Part shown: positions 21,898 to 30,457 of the stretch, piece by piece
Numbering within the stretch: position 1 is the stretch's first letter
How the letters are laid out: every line of letters begins with the position of its first letter
The notes under the pieces: model-generated
The model's database searches: none
Told to the model about the DNA's origin: nothing
What the model saw: only the letters and a program-made list of their open reading frames with translations
Translations under genes and position numbers: made by a program
IMG/VR virus record: IMGVR_UViG_3300035670_011119
Location: 11,598 to 75,597 of that record
Source of the DNA: a virus
DNA length: 64,000 bases
Direction: 5' to 3' (one strand)

Positions 21898-22673
21898 TGC
21901 AAATATCCTATTATATTTTGAATAAAATTTGTTACAGGAGTAATGTCTTTCTCGTATGGTTTGGGCGTTGTGTCTATCCAATCTACTATTTTTTGATATG
22001 CTGGCGTCCCGCACACCATAATTTCTGCATCATACGATCCTGATAGATCCAAAACGCCATTACACTCATTTAATAGCTTGCTCATATCTTCATCGAAAGC
22101 CAAGCCTACATTTTGATCATATTCAATTTCTGGATTATTAACCATAATAATATTATGTTTTGTATTTGGATACAAGTATTGTTTTACTAAGTCTACACAT
22201 GCTGGATCTTTATCTAGAATACATAGTATCTTGTCGTTGCGTGTTTTATTTTCATTCCTAAATATTAAATCATTATATAGTCTATTGTATCCGATTAACT
22301 TGGAGGCTGCTACGCCACTACTAACTAGTGTCGCATATATTTCTGCTGGAACAATATATTTAGCTCCCAAAGCCTGTTTATTAAATAAATCTTGTATAAT
22401 ACTCACATATTTTTGATATAAAGATGGATTATCATCTATAGTAATAATACTAGTTATATTTATTGATGGGTCATTAACAAACTGATGTATTTCTTGGGTA
22501 TATTCCTCCATTTGAAATACGATAGCTTGTGGCTTTATACTAAGCGCAGTATCATACAGATTATTATGAATATTTAATAGTCTAATATTAGGAAATAATG
22601 ATAAAAATCCTCTGGTTATGGCGCTATGTGTTTTGGAATAAGAGTTTTTATGAATTAAAATGGAATTATTCAT
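21894..22673 (-). CDS. Divergent GT-B glycosyltransferase-like protein
   Basis: YNDLIFRNE and MSKLLNEC..YDAEIMVCGTP resemble GT4 C-terminal elements (D..F; E.A.ACG.P), but the E-x7-E motif is incomplete. Confidence 0.45.
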   Translation of the reverse strand: MNNSILIHKNSYSKTHSAITRGFLSLFPNIRLLNIHNNLYDTALSIKPQAIVFQMEEYTQEIHQFVNDPSINITSIITIDDNPSLYQKYVSIIQDLFNKQALGAKYIVPAEIYATLVSSGVAASKLIGYNRLYNDLIFRNENKTRNDKILCILDKDPACVDLVKQYLYPNTKHNIIMVNNPEIEYDQNVGLAFDEDMSKLLNECNGVLDLSGSYDAEIMVCGTPAYQKIVDWIDTTPKPYEKDITPVTNFIQNIIGYLQ

Positions 22674-23358
22674 TACAAACCTTGTGTGTTTTTAAGGTAT
22701 TATTATTAACATAAGTATATTGTTTATTTTTAATCGGCATATGCGTAAATACAACTCCATGATCTTTAAGATAATTAATAATTTCTAATAAAAATAATGG
22801 ATCTGTAAACTTTATTCGATTAAAATGCTTTAATAGTCTTATAGTTTCATTATTTATATAGCACATACCATTCCAATAATAGTCTGAACTATTATAGGAT
22901 AAATACTCTACATTATCATCTATAACATTGCATGTAATATCTGTATTGGTAATATCTTTTGATGTTGTAAATATATAGTTTTTATGAGGATTCAATTTCA
23001 AAGGTTCGGTAATAATAAAACTAATATCTGATATCAAAAATATTCCATTATAATTGACTGGGCTATATTTAAGTAATATGTCTTTGATAATTCTACCATG
23101 ATTGGTGTTTTTATAATCTAGCACAACGCTATAATTCAGATTATTATTTGGCTTCAAACACTTTAACACCTTATCTGATTCAAAACCAACAACCACATGA
23201 TTATATACATTACCGAAGAGTTTTTCAGTATAGTTGATACTATGATTAATTAGATAATTTTTTTCCTTTTTGATCGGTACTGTGACCGATGATTTTGGAC
23301 CAATATATTTCATATTTTTAGTAGGTTGATAACAAAAATAAATAGTATATATTGACAT
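22666..23358 (-). CDS. Divergent sugar/choline-phosphate nucleotidyltransferase-like protein
   Basis: MKYIGPKS, VVVGFESDKV, YKNTNHG, FLISDI and LFLLEIIN match the NTP_transferase/LicC layout, but the N-terminal LAAGxG motif is absent. Confidence 0.5.
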   Translation of the reverse strand: MSIYTIYFCYQPTKNMKYIGPKSSVTVPIKKEKNYLINHSINYTEKLFGNVYNHVVVGFESDKVLKCLKPNNNLNYSVVLDYKNTNHGRIIKDILLKYSPVNYNGIFLISDISFIITEPLKLNPHKNYIFTTSKDITNTDITCNVIDDNVEYLSYNSSDYYWNGMCYINNETIRLLKHFNRIKFTDPLFLLEIINYLKDHGVVFTHMPIKNKQYTYVNNNTLKTHKVCNE

Positions 23359-23374
23359 ATATTATCCTAATCTA

Positions 23375-23785
23375 CTATTGAATAGCTTTACGGAGATGTA
23401 ATATTAATTTATAATTATGAGAATATCTGTGTTCAACATAATACTGAGGAAAATTTCCAATTAATTCCATAATATCAAATTCATACTGAACAGAAACAAT
23501 ATCTTGTAATAATTCAGAGACTGTTTTTGATGAGACCGATCCATTGGACATGTCTTTACCAAGAGACATAGTATCTAATACTTCAATAATTAATAATCCA
23601 GTATATTTAATTTTACTAAGAATATTAGATAGCAATGATCCTCTGTCAGCATGAGATATACTGTCTAATTGCTTAAATAGGATTTCTGATACGGAGCCGT
23701 TAACCAAATTATTTATTTGATCTATTGCAATATTATTATATCCCTGAATAGTATCTTTTTCAGATAAACATATATTAATTTTCAT
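23375..23785 (-). CDS. Divergent short SAM-methyltransferase-like protein
   Basis: MKINI..GYNNI..NGSVSEI..LDSI..KIKYTGLLII parallels the LNLGCG..GYINID..DNSVDEI..LEHI..LKPGG layout; the motif I glycines are missing. Confidence 0.45.
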   Translation of the reverse strand: MKINICLSEKDTIQGYNNIAIDQINNLVNGSVSEILFKQLDSISHADRGSLLSNILSKIKYTGLLIIEVLDTMSLGKDMSNGSVSSKTVSELLQDIVSVQYEFDIMELIGNFPQYYVEHRYSHNYKLILHLRKAIQ

Positions 23786-24690
23786 ATTATGAAAGCCTTA
23801 GAAAGAGAATTGTTTAATATTGTATTTATTTCTTTGCTAGTTTCTTCGAAGCTACCGACGATTTCATGATCGATTGGCACATCAGAATAAACAGGATTAG
23901 TACGCAATAGTTCTGCTAAATTACCAATAGAATTAATAATATACAAATTGGGTATGTTTTGATACTGACTCAAAGAATTATTCGTATCAATAATAACGGC
24001 AACACATCCGCAAGCAATGGCCCATAGGGCATTTACTATAGATGCTGGATCTAGTTCGATGACTATCTTATAATTATTTAATATATTGCAAGCGTCTTTA
24101 GTTGTTGATGGAATCTTACTAAGATTTATAGTCTTAATTCCTATTGTATTTTCCAAATAATTATCATCTATTTTTTTATTATAGCAAAATAGAGCTATTT
24201 CTTTTCTATTCCCTATATCGTTATTTATTTGTAATGTTGGTGGTATCCCATATTTGATTTGTTTACTTACGATTTTATTACAGTTAAATTTGGACATGGC
24301 GCTTGGAAAATATAATAAAGTATCATTTGGTCTAATAGTATTATTACAGATTAAAAATACATCTTCTTTTTTAAGATCTAAAATTCTACTATCGTGTGAT
24401 ACGAAGATAGAATTAAGATGCATTGCTGTAGCACTATTATTTTTTATGCTTAGTAGGGGATTATTAGTTAAAAATATAGAGTATGATTTTAAGCATAAAG
24501 ACTGTTCATCTAGTCCGATGATAGGAGAATCTTCATTAAAAAATTCTTTAGTATTTGGATCTATAGTATACAGCGATAATCCGAGATCCATCATCATCAC
24601 ATCAAACAAACTAAAGTGTGGTTGATATAAAATATTGTCGTGATTCTGAATAGATTGCAGAATATTACTTAATTGGAATCCTGGATACAT
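23782..24690 (-). CDS. Divergent GT-B glycosyltransferase-like protein
   Basis: IKYGIP..ILNNYKIVI..NALWAIACGCVAV resembles a GT4 C-terminal domain with the catalytic Glu residues lost. Confidence 0.5.
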   Translation of the reverse strand: MYPGFQLSNILQSIQNHDNILYQPHFSLFDVMMMDLGLSLYTIDPNTKEFFNEDSPIIGLDEQSLCLKSYSIFLTNNPLLSIKNNSATAMHLNSIFVSHDSRILDLKKEDVFLICNNTIRPNDTLLYFPSAMSKFNCNKIVSKQIKYGIPPTLQINNDIGNRKEIALFCYNKKIDDNYLENTIGIKTINLSKIPSTTKDACNILNNYKIVIELDPASIVNALWAIACGCVAVIIDTNNSLSQYQNIPNLYIINSIGNLAELLRTNPVYSDVPIDHEIVGSFEETSKEINTILNNSLSKAFII

Positions 24691-25793
24691 AATTTTTTGC
24701 CTATTGTAGAATAACTAAATGATTCTTTTTGTGATATACCTAGATTTGATTTTTCATCCCAAGCTTTTTTATCTTTCTTGTAAAGACCGTATGCCTTTTG
24801 CATTTGTTTGATAAGATCGTATATATCTATTTTATACCAATGCTGGTTAGCATTATAATAGTCTGTGTTTCCGGCTATCGGATGATGAGGCATAATAACC
24901 GGAGTTTTATGACTATTGACTAAAAATCCATTATCATTATTTATGAAGTCTTTCATGCCAGAATTTTTGTTCACAATCGGATTTTTTCCTAGACACAAAG
25001 CCTCTGCTGCTGGACGACAAAACGCCTCTCCATATGAAGGCATAACAAAACAATCACAGCTAGAATGAATTCTTAAAATATCGTCATAAGATATTCTTTG
25101 TGTCATCCAAACTTCATTTTTAAATGGTTTGTTTAGATGTAGAGATTGTTTTATTTCGTTAGCAAAAGTAGTAAGCTCTTTTATATCTCCATTAGTTTTT
25201 ATTACCAAGGATACAGGATCGCCTAGATCAAAAGCTAGATTAAATGCTATTATAAGATCTTGTAAATTTTTTCTAAAATTATTCTCACATATTGTATAAA
25301 ACCTAAAATGATTTGCGATAGCGGGATTGAGTATAGCCCTAGGATATATCTTGAGTATATCTATATCTAAAGCTTCACTAATAGCCCTTATAGTTTTTGT
25401 ACATCCACTAGACTGTAAAGATTCTTTTTCTAGACTTGACGGTACCCAAATCTCATCCATTCTGTTAATATTTGATATAACCTTAGTTTTACTAAAATTA
25501 TTTATTTCTAATGTAAATAAACCAATATTTTTACCATATCTACTATCATAGTAGAAATATTCTGGTAAAGTATTTTGTATTACATAATGATATTTATCAG
25601 CTTTATTATTTTCATATGATATAATTTGTTCATCATTAAAAGATGCATCAGTATTACCAGGAGCCAAATATATTGGGCGTGTGGTTAAATTAATATTAGG
25701 CAATGAAGATATTGCTCGTATATAGTCTCTAGCGGCTAATCCCCAGCCGTCGTGCTGTCTATATGGTCCAACAAATAATATATTTGTACTCAT
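24669..25793 (-). CDS. Glycosyltransferase family 4 (GT-B)
   Basis: DEIWVPS, RKN..DLI.AF and DCFVMPSYGEAFCRPAAEA (E-x7-E). Confidence 0.9.
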   Translation of the reverse strand: MSTNILFVGPYRQHDGWGLAARDYIRAISSLPNINLTTRPIYLAPGNTDASFNDEQIISYENNKADKYHYVIQNTLPEYFYYDSRYGKNIGLFTLEINNFSKTKVISNINRMDEIWVPSSLEKESLQSSGCTKTIRAISEALDIDILKIYPRAILNPAIANHFRFYTICENNFRKNLQDLIIAFNLAFDLGDPVSLVIKTNGDIKELTTFANEIKQSLHLNKPFKNEVWMTQRISYDDILRIHSSCDCFVMPSYGEAFCRPAAEALCLGKNPIVNKNSGMKDFINNDNGFLVNSHKTPVIMPHHPIAGNTDYYNANQHWYKIDIYDLIKQMQKAYGLYKKDKKAWDEKSNLGISQKESFSYSTIGKKLCIQDSN

Positions 25794-27463
25794 GATACTG
25801 ATCCTAAATTAGCTTTAAGATGAGCATATTTAATATAATCTTCACTACTTAATTTATCTTTATTCACAATGGCTTGTTGAGCAAAATTATGATTAGATAT
25901 AATGGTTTGGATAGTGTCTATTACATTTTGTCTGGTAAACGGTTGAATTTGCATTCCGTTTTGTGTATATCCATACTCTAGATCTCTAATCATCTGTAAA
26001 GGAATAATACTATGAATGATGGGATGGTTTGGTAAAAATTGTTTCATAATATTATATACAAAATTATAATTAGTCATTCCTTTTGTAATCTCCATTATGT
26101 CGGGAGGTAATGGCTGAAAAGGATTCATAGGTTGGTCCCATTGACCTTGTAATCCAACAAGTTTAACATTATCAAAATATTTTTCCCACTTTTTTGCTAT
26201 GTCATCCCAATTATAATATAGTTCTGTTAATTTTCTAGTTTCCTGTCTTTTTTGTAGTCTTAATATTGGTGGTAGCTTATAAAGATTTTCTACTATTTCT
26301 ATAAAATGATTATTATCAGGATAAACTCTAATAGCTTGTGTTTCTAGTTCCTTAAAGGCTCTTTGTACTCTAACTGGATATCCATTTAGTTTATGAACCA
26401 CATCGTTCATAGCACTATAATCAACAGAGGCCAGAGGTATACCACATGCCCCAGCTTCAACTTGAGGCATACCAAAACCTTCGCATATAGCATACTGTAC
26501 ATAAAGATCGAATGTATTTATAATATGTGCTAGCCTATGTGAATCTATACCATTATTAACACTAGGTAATTGCATAGACTTTTGTCCACACCTAGGACAT
26601 CCAGCAACAACATGACTAAATAGCATAGAGCATATGTGTCCACAATGACGACACGCATATGTAAAAAATACCTTGTTAGATATATTATATTCTTTTAGTA
26701 ATTGCGGAATATCCCAGCCAGCATCAGGGTAGCTAGTATGAATATATAAATATGTTTTTTTATACAGCTCGGGATTCTTTTCTTGTAGAAGCTTTAGAGC
26801 ATCAAAAAGATCAGGAATTAATTTTCTCTTTTGGTTCCTAACAACGGTGCCAATAATAAAACTGTCTTCTGGAAGACCGAGGGCTATCCTAATATCTCTT
26901 TGCTCATTAATCATTGGATGAAAACATGCGAGATCAACACCAGGAGATGCTGTATCTATATAATTAGCATGATTATTACTTTGCTGTAACAATACATCTC
27001 TACCAAAATCAGAATATGTAAATAAAGCATCTGCTGATATATAAGTGTCTATCCAGGTTTCTTGTTGTGGCGACGAGTCTATTGTTGGCATTACAACCCA
27101 ATGATAGTATGGTCGTAATGGAGAGTATTGTTGATATGAATTCATCCAATAGTCGCGTATATCAAATACTATATCTGGTTTAAAGTCTAGTAATACTCTA
27201 TCAAATCTCCATTTTCCAAATTGATTTTCTGTACTATTATTATATTCTCTGGCTCTTGGATCATTGTCTGCTGGGGCATTTGCATACAACATCCAAGGAA
27301 TATTAATATCTCTTGGATCATTAACCTTAGCATAAGAAGCAAACTCTGCTACTTCATATTTATTAGTAGCATATAGTCTCTTTAATAACTCTCTACTATA
27401 GCCAGAAAATCCAGAGCTAAGATAACTAGCTTCTGAGCACATTAGTAATCTTAATTTTTTCAT
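25790..27463 (-). CDS. Glycosyltransferase family 4 with zinc-ribbon insertion
   Basis: Likely start MKKLRLLMCSE at 27463. Motifs SGFSGY, PGVD..F.P, RNQKRK and FDLYVQYAICEGFGMPQVEAGACG, with an inserted CRHC..CPRC. Confidence 0.9.
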   Translation of the reverse strand: MKKLRLLMCSEASYLSSGFSGYSRELLKRLYATNKYEVAEFASYAKVNDPRDINIPWMLYANAPADNDPRAREYNNSTENQFGKWRFDRVLLDFKPDIVFDIRDYWMNSYQQYSPLRPYYHWVVMPTIDSSPQQETWIDTYISADALFTYSDFGRDVLLQQSNNHANYIDTASPGVDLACFHPMINEQRDIRIALGLPEDSFIIGTVVRNQKRKLIPDLFDALKLLQEKNPELYKKTYLYIHTSYPDAGWDIPQLLKEYNISNKVFFTYACRHCGHICSMLFSHVVAGCPRCGQKSMQLPSVNNGIDSHRLAHIINTFDLYVQYAICEGFGMPQVEAGACGIPLASVDYSAMNDVVHKLNGYPVRVQRAFKELETQAIRVYPDNNHFIEIVENLYKLPPILRLQKRQETRKLTELYYNWDDIAKKWEKYFDNVKLVGLQGQWDQPMNPFQPLPPDIMEITKGMTNYNFVYNIMKQFLPNHPIIHSIIPLQMIRDLEYGYTQNGMQIQPFTRQNVIDTIQTIISNHNFAQQAIVNKDKLSSEDYIKYAHLKANLGSVS

Positions 27464-27483
27464 TTTTAATCCTAGAACTACCC

Positions 27484-27516
27484 AAAAAGACACAAGCCCA
27501 TATGGGCTTGTGTCTT
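27484..27516 (-). terminator. Intrinsic terminator downstream of ssb
   Basis: Perfect 30-bp palindrome AAGACACAAGCCCATATGGGCTTGTGTCTT (27487-27516) running into TTTTT on the - strand, 13 nt after the ssb stop. Confidence 0.75.
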
Positions 27517-27529
27517 CTCGGATAATAAA

Positions 27530-27904
27530 TCAGAAAGCTACAGATTCTTCCTTATTGGCATCCTTATCCTTTTTTGATAAGCGAGTAATCTTGGAAAAAT
27601 TATTAACTCTAACCTTTAGGGTGCTATGCTTAACACCATCTTTTTCCCATGTATCGTTTCTAAGAGAACCTTCAACCATCACAGGATCTCCCTTTCTAAA
27701 CGATTCTCCTATTACCTCGGCCCCGCTATCCCAAGCTTCGCAATTAACAAATGTTGTAATCTTATCTCGATCACCATTAGCCTTAGTATACTCTCTAGAA
27801 ACAGCAACTGTAAAATTAACAACAGCAGTTTCTTTACCGCCTGAATTAATATGCCTAAGTTCTGGATCGCGAGCTAGATTACCCTTGAGTAAAGTGATAT
27901 TCAT
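27530..27904 (-). CDS. ssb: Single-stranded DNA-binding protein
   Basis: MN..L.GNLARDPELR..VVNFTVAV..FVNCEAW..KGDPVMVEGSL..WEKDG; acidic C-terminus ending in F; GAGGAG RBS. Confidence 0.95.
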   Translation of the reverse strand: MNITLLKGNLARDPELRHINSGGKETAVVNFTVAVSREYTKANGDRDKITTFVNCEAWDSGAEVIGESFRKGDPVMVEGSLRNDTWEKDGVKHSTLKVRVNNFSKITRLSKKDKDANKEESVAF

Positions 27905-27949
27905 AATTTTTTATGTTCTCCTCGGAAAAAAGTAAACTCAATACAATGT

Positions 27950-27977
27950 ATTATACGTCCAGGCTTTGTTTTGTCAA
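27950..27977 (-). promoter_or_regulatory. Sigma70-type promoter for ssb
   Basis: The - strand reads TTGACA (27977-27972), 16 nt, TATAAT (27955-27950); both hexamers are perfect consensus. Confidence 0.8.
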
Positions 27978-29581
27978 GTGGTAGGTAAAAAGATCTTTTC
28001 TACTATGATTCCATCTTTAGTATTAGACTTTTTCCCTTTGATAATAATAATATTGCCTTCGAATAAAACGTGTCGAAATTGTTTGTATTGTTCAGCAAAA
28101 CAAACCACAGAATCTAAACAGCCCGTATTATCTACTACAGATAGAAATGCCATATCTTGACCTTTGCTTTTGCCACTTTTAGTCTTTACTACATGTATTC
28201 TATCAATTTCAGCCGCTAATAGTATATTAGTAATACCGATATTATTTTTTATATCTCTGCAAGTAGCATTTGTCATAGTAATATCATACATATCAATTTT
28301 TGAACATGTAATTGGACAACCTAGCAATTCATTTTCCGTATCAGAAATCCATTCGGCACTATCTTCTAAACTAAATGGAGGATGTAGCATTGTGTACATT
28401 ATTTCTTTGATAGTTGAATTTCTATTTTTAGTAATTTTACTATTATTTAGTAGATTTTCTAACGCTTTGTATAAATCTTGATTAATATTTTGTCTAAGTA
28501 ATTCTAATTCTCTTTTAGTTAGTTGACTAACTGTAGACAAATCGAATAACATAGTATTTCTTGATCTGCCAAAAATATCTAACGCTCCAGAACCTATTAG
28601 AGCCTTAGCGGCGATACTATTAATTTTTAGTAATACATCTATCAAAAAAGCATACCATCCATTCTTATTATATTCTATTGTTACAGATGATACTATCTTG
28701 ATTAGTTTATCAAAAACAGATTTACCAACGCCCTTAATATCTGTTAATCCAAAATATATAGTATTATTATCTAAACAAAAGAATTCATTTAGCAGTCTAA
28801 TGTCTGGTGGCTTAACAGAAATATCCATTTCGTTTGCATTTTGAATTAACTCTTTTATTTCTTGCTGAGGATCAATTTTATCTTTAGCAAATCTAAGATA
28901 TGAAGCAAAAAAGATTTTAGGAAAATGGGCTTTTGTATATGCTGATAAATATGCATTAATAGCATAAGATACGCTATGACTCTTATTAAACGAATATCTT
29001 TGACTTTTTTCGATCCAACTAAAAATTTCTTCTGCTTGATCCTCATTAAGAATTTTTGTAGTCTTAGATCCTTCTAAAAATTTTAATTTAACCTTTGCCA
29101 TTTCTTCCGGTTTTTTCTTGCCAATTGCTTTTCTTAACAAGTCAGCTTCTTGTAGATTAAATCCTGCTATAACCCTAGTAATGTCCATAGCCTGTTCTTG
29201 ATAAACCATCTCCCCATATGTTGGTTTTAATATAGGCTCTAAAGCAGTATGAAAATAGTCAACAGCTTCCTGACCATTTTTTTTGTCTATGTAGTGATTA
29301 CTAACGCTTTTACCATCCCTCATAGCCTCTAGACATCCTGGCCTAACTATACTAATTAGAGCAGATAATTGCTCTATATTTTCTGGTTTAAGTTTTTTAG
29401 CCATAGTACGTCCGAGTCTGCTTTCCAACTGAAAACAGCCCTTAGTATTTCCGGACGAAATAAGATCCCAGGTTTTGTCACAATCAAGAGATATATGCTC
29501 GATAGTAGCATCAAAACCAATAGAATTATTATCAGAATCGATAGGAAATTTACATCCACAATCAAATGTAAAATATTTCAT
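27974..29581 (-). CDS. dnaE: DNA polymerase III alpha subunit, C-terminal half (fingers, HhH, OB)
   Basis: GCFQLES, LSALISIVRPG, TYGEMVYQEQ, ADLLRKAIGKKK, YSFNKSHSVSYA, FGLTDIKGVG and a C-terminal OB fold (MAFLSVVD). No PHP or palm domain. Confidence 0.93.
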   Translation of the reverse strand: MKYFTFDCGCKFPIDSDNNSIGFDATIEHISLDCDKTWDLISSGNTKGCFQLESRLGRTMAKKLKPENIEQLSALISIVRPGCLEAMRDGKSVSNHYIDKKNGQEAVDYFHTALEPILKPTYGEMVYQEQAMDITRVIAGFNLQEADLLRKAIGKKKPEEMAKVKLKFLEGSKTTKILNEDQAEEIFSWIEKSQRYSFNKSHSVSYAINAYLSAYTKAHFPKIFFASYLRFAKDKIDPQQEIKELIQNANEMDISVKPPDIRLLNEFFCLDNNTIYFGLTDIKGVGKSVFDKLIKIVSSVTIEYNKNGWYAFLIDVLLKINSIAAKALIGSGALDIFGRSRNTMLFDLSTVSQLTKRELELLRQNINQDLYKALENLLNNSKITKNRNSTIKEIMYTMLHPPFSLEDSAEWISDTENELLGCPITCSKIDMYDITMTNATCRDIKNNIGITNILLAAEIDRIHVVKTKSGKSKGQDMAFLSVVDNTGCLDSVVCFAEQYKQFRHVLFEGNIIIIKGKKSNTKDGIIVEKIFLPTT

Positions 29582-30279
29582 ACTGTAGTTTTACCAAAAG
29601 AGTCCTTAAAAAGAATTTTACGAGATAATTTACGATGTAATTTCATAAATCTGATTAAAATTTCTGCACTATCTTTAACATCTTTAATCGCATCATGTGC
29701 GCCGTCTTTAGAAATACCCAAATATTCTCTTAAAGAATCTAATGAATAGCTGGATAGGTCTTGATTATTCTCGAACCATAAAAATACAATATTCATTATA
29801 TCCAGAACATCTCGCATATAAAAGATATTGCTACGATTTTCTTTATTTAGATTATTATATTTTTTACTTAATCTATCTACTATGATCAAATCAAATCTAT
29901 GAATATTATAGCCAGCAGCAATAGGAGCAGTAAATTGGCTCTTTTTACTTCCTGATCTACAGTGATACTTCGATAAATATTCGGTAAATAAATTCCAAGA
30001 TTGTTTTTGCGATGGATACTCCTTCCATTCTGCCAAAACTTGTTCTTTGGAAGAACCTTTAACTTTAGCATGAAAATCTAATATATCACCTTCGTATATA
30101 TGGTTAGGATTGTTTTCTAATACTTCTGGTTTAAAATTTATATTAAATTCAGAATCAGGAATAATAGATAATTGTAATGGATCAACCATAACCGCAGCTA
30201 TTTGTACAGGACTGCAAGATAGAGGGTCCGACCCATCTGTTTCAAAATCAAATACACAAATTTTGTTATAATTAATCAT
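29578..30279 (-). CDS. DEDDh 3'-5' exonuclease (DnaQ/epsilon-like)
   Basis: ExoI VFDFETDG, ExoII GYNIHRFD, ExoIII AHDAIKD. Confidence 0.9.
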   Translation of the reverse strand: MINYNKICVFDFETDGSDPLSCSPVQIAAVMVDPLQLSIIPDSEFNINFKPEVLENNPNHIYEGDILDFHAKVKGSSKEQVLAEWKEYPSQKQSWNLFTEYLSKYHCRSGSKKSQFTAPIAAGYNIHRFDLIIVDRLSKKYNNLNKENRSNIFYMRDVLDIMNIVFLWFENNQDLSSYSLDSLREYLGISKDGAHDAIKDVKDSAEILIRFMKLHRKLSRKILFKDSFGKTTV

Positions 30280-30457
30280 TAACTTCTACTTGTTGTACGG
30301 GAGTGATAAACTGTTTAACTTCTGGATGATTTACTTGCGCAGCATTAAGTGCGGTGCAACAACTAACCCTAATAGTTTCTATCTTAGTATAATCTATGCC
30401 CTGAAACTTAAAAGTACTACCCACAGCTAACTCATGAAACGGTACAAGTTTTGACAT
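30272..30457 (-). CDS. Small hypothetical protein (61 aa) between the dnaE halves
   Basis: ATG at 30457 is preceded by GGAG. The ORF overlaps both neighbours. Sequence includes FHELAVGSTFKFQGIDYTKI..VSCC. Confidence 0.65.
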   Translation of the reverse strand: MSKLVPFHELAVGSTFKFQGIDYTKIETIRVSCCTALNAAQVNHPEVKQFITPVQQVEVND

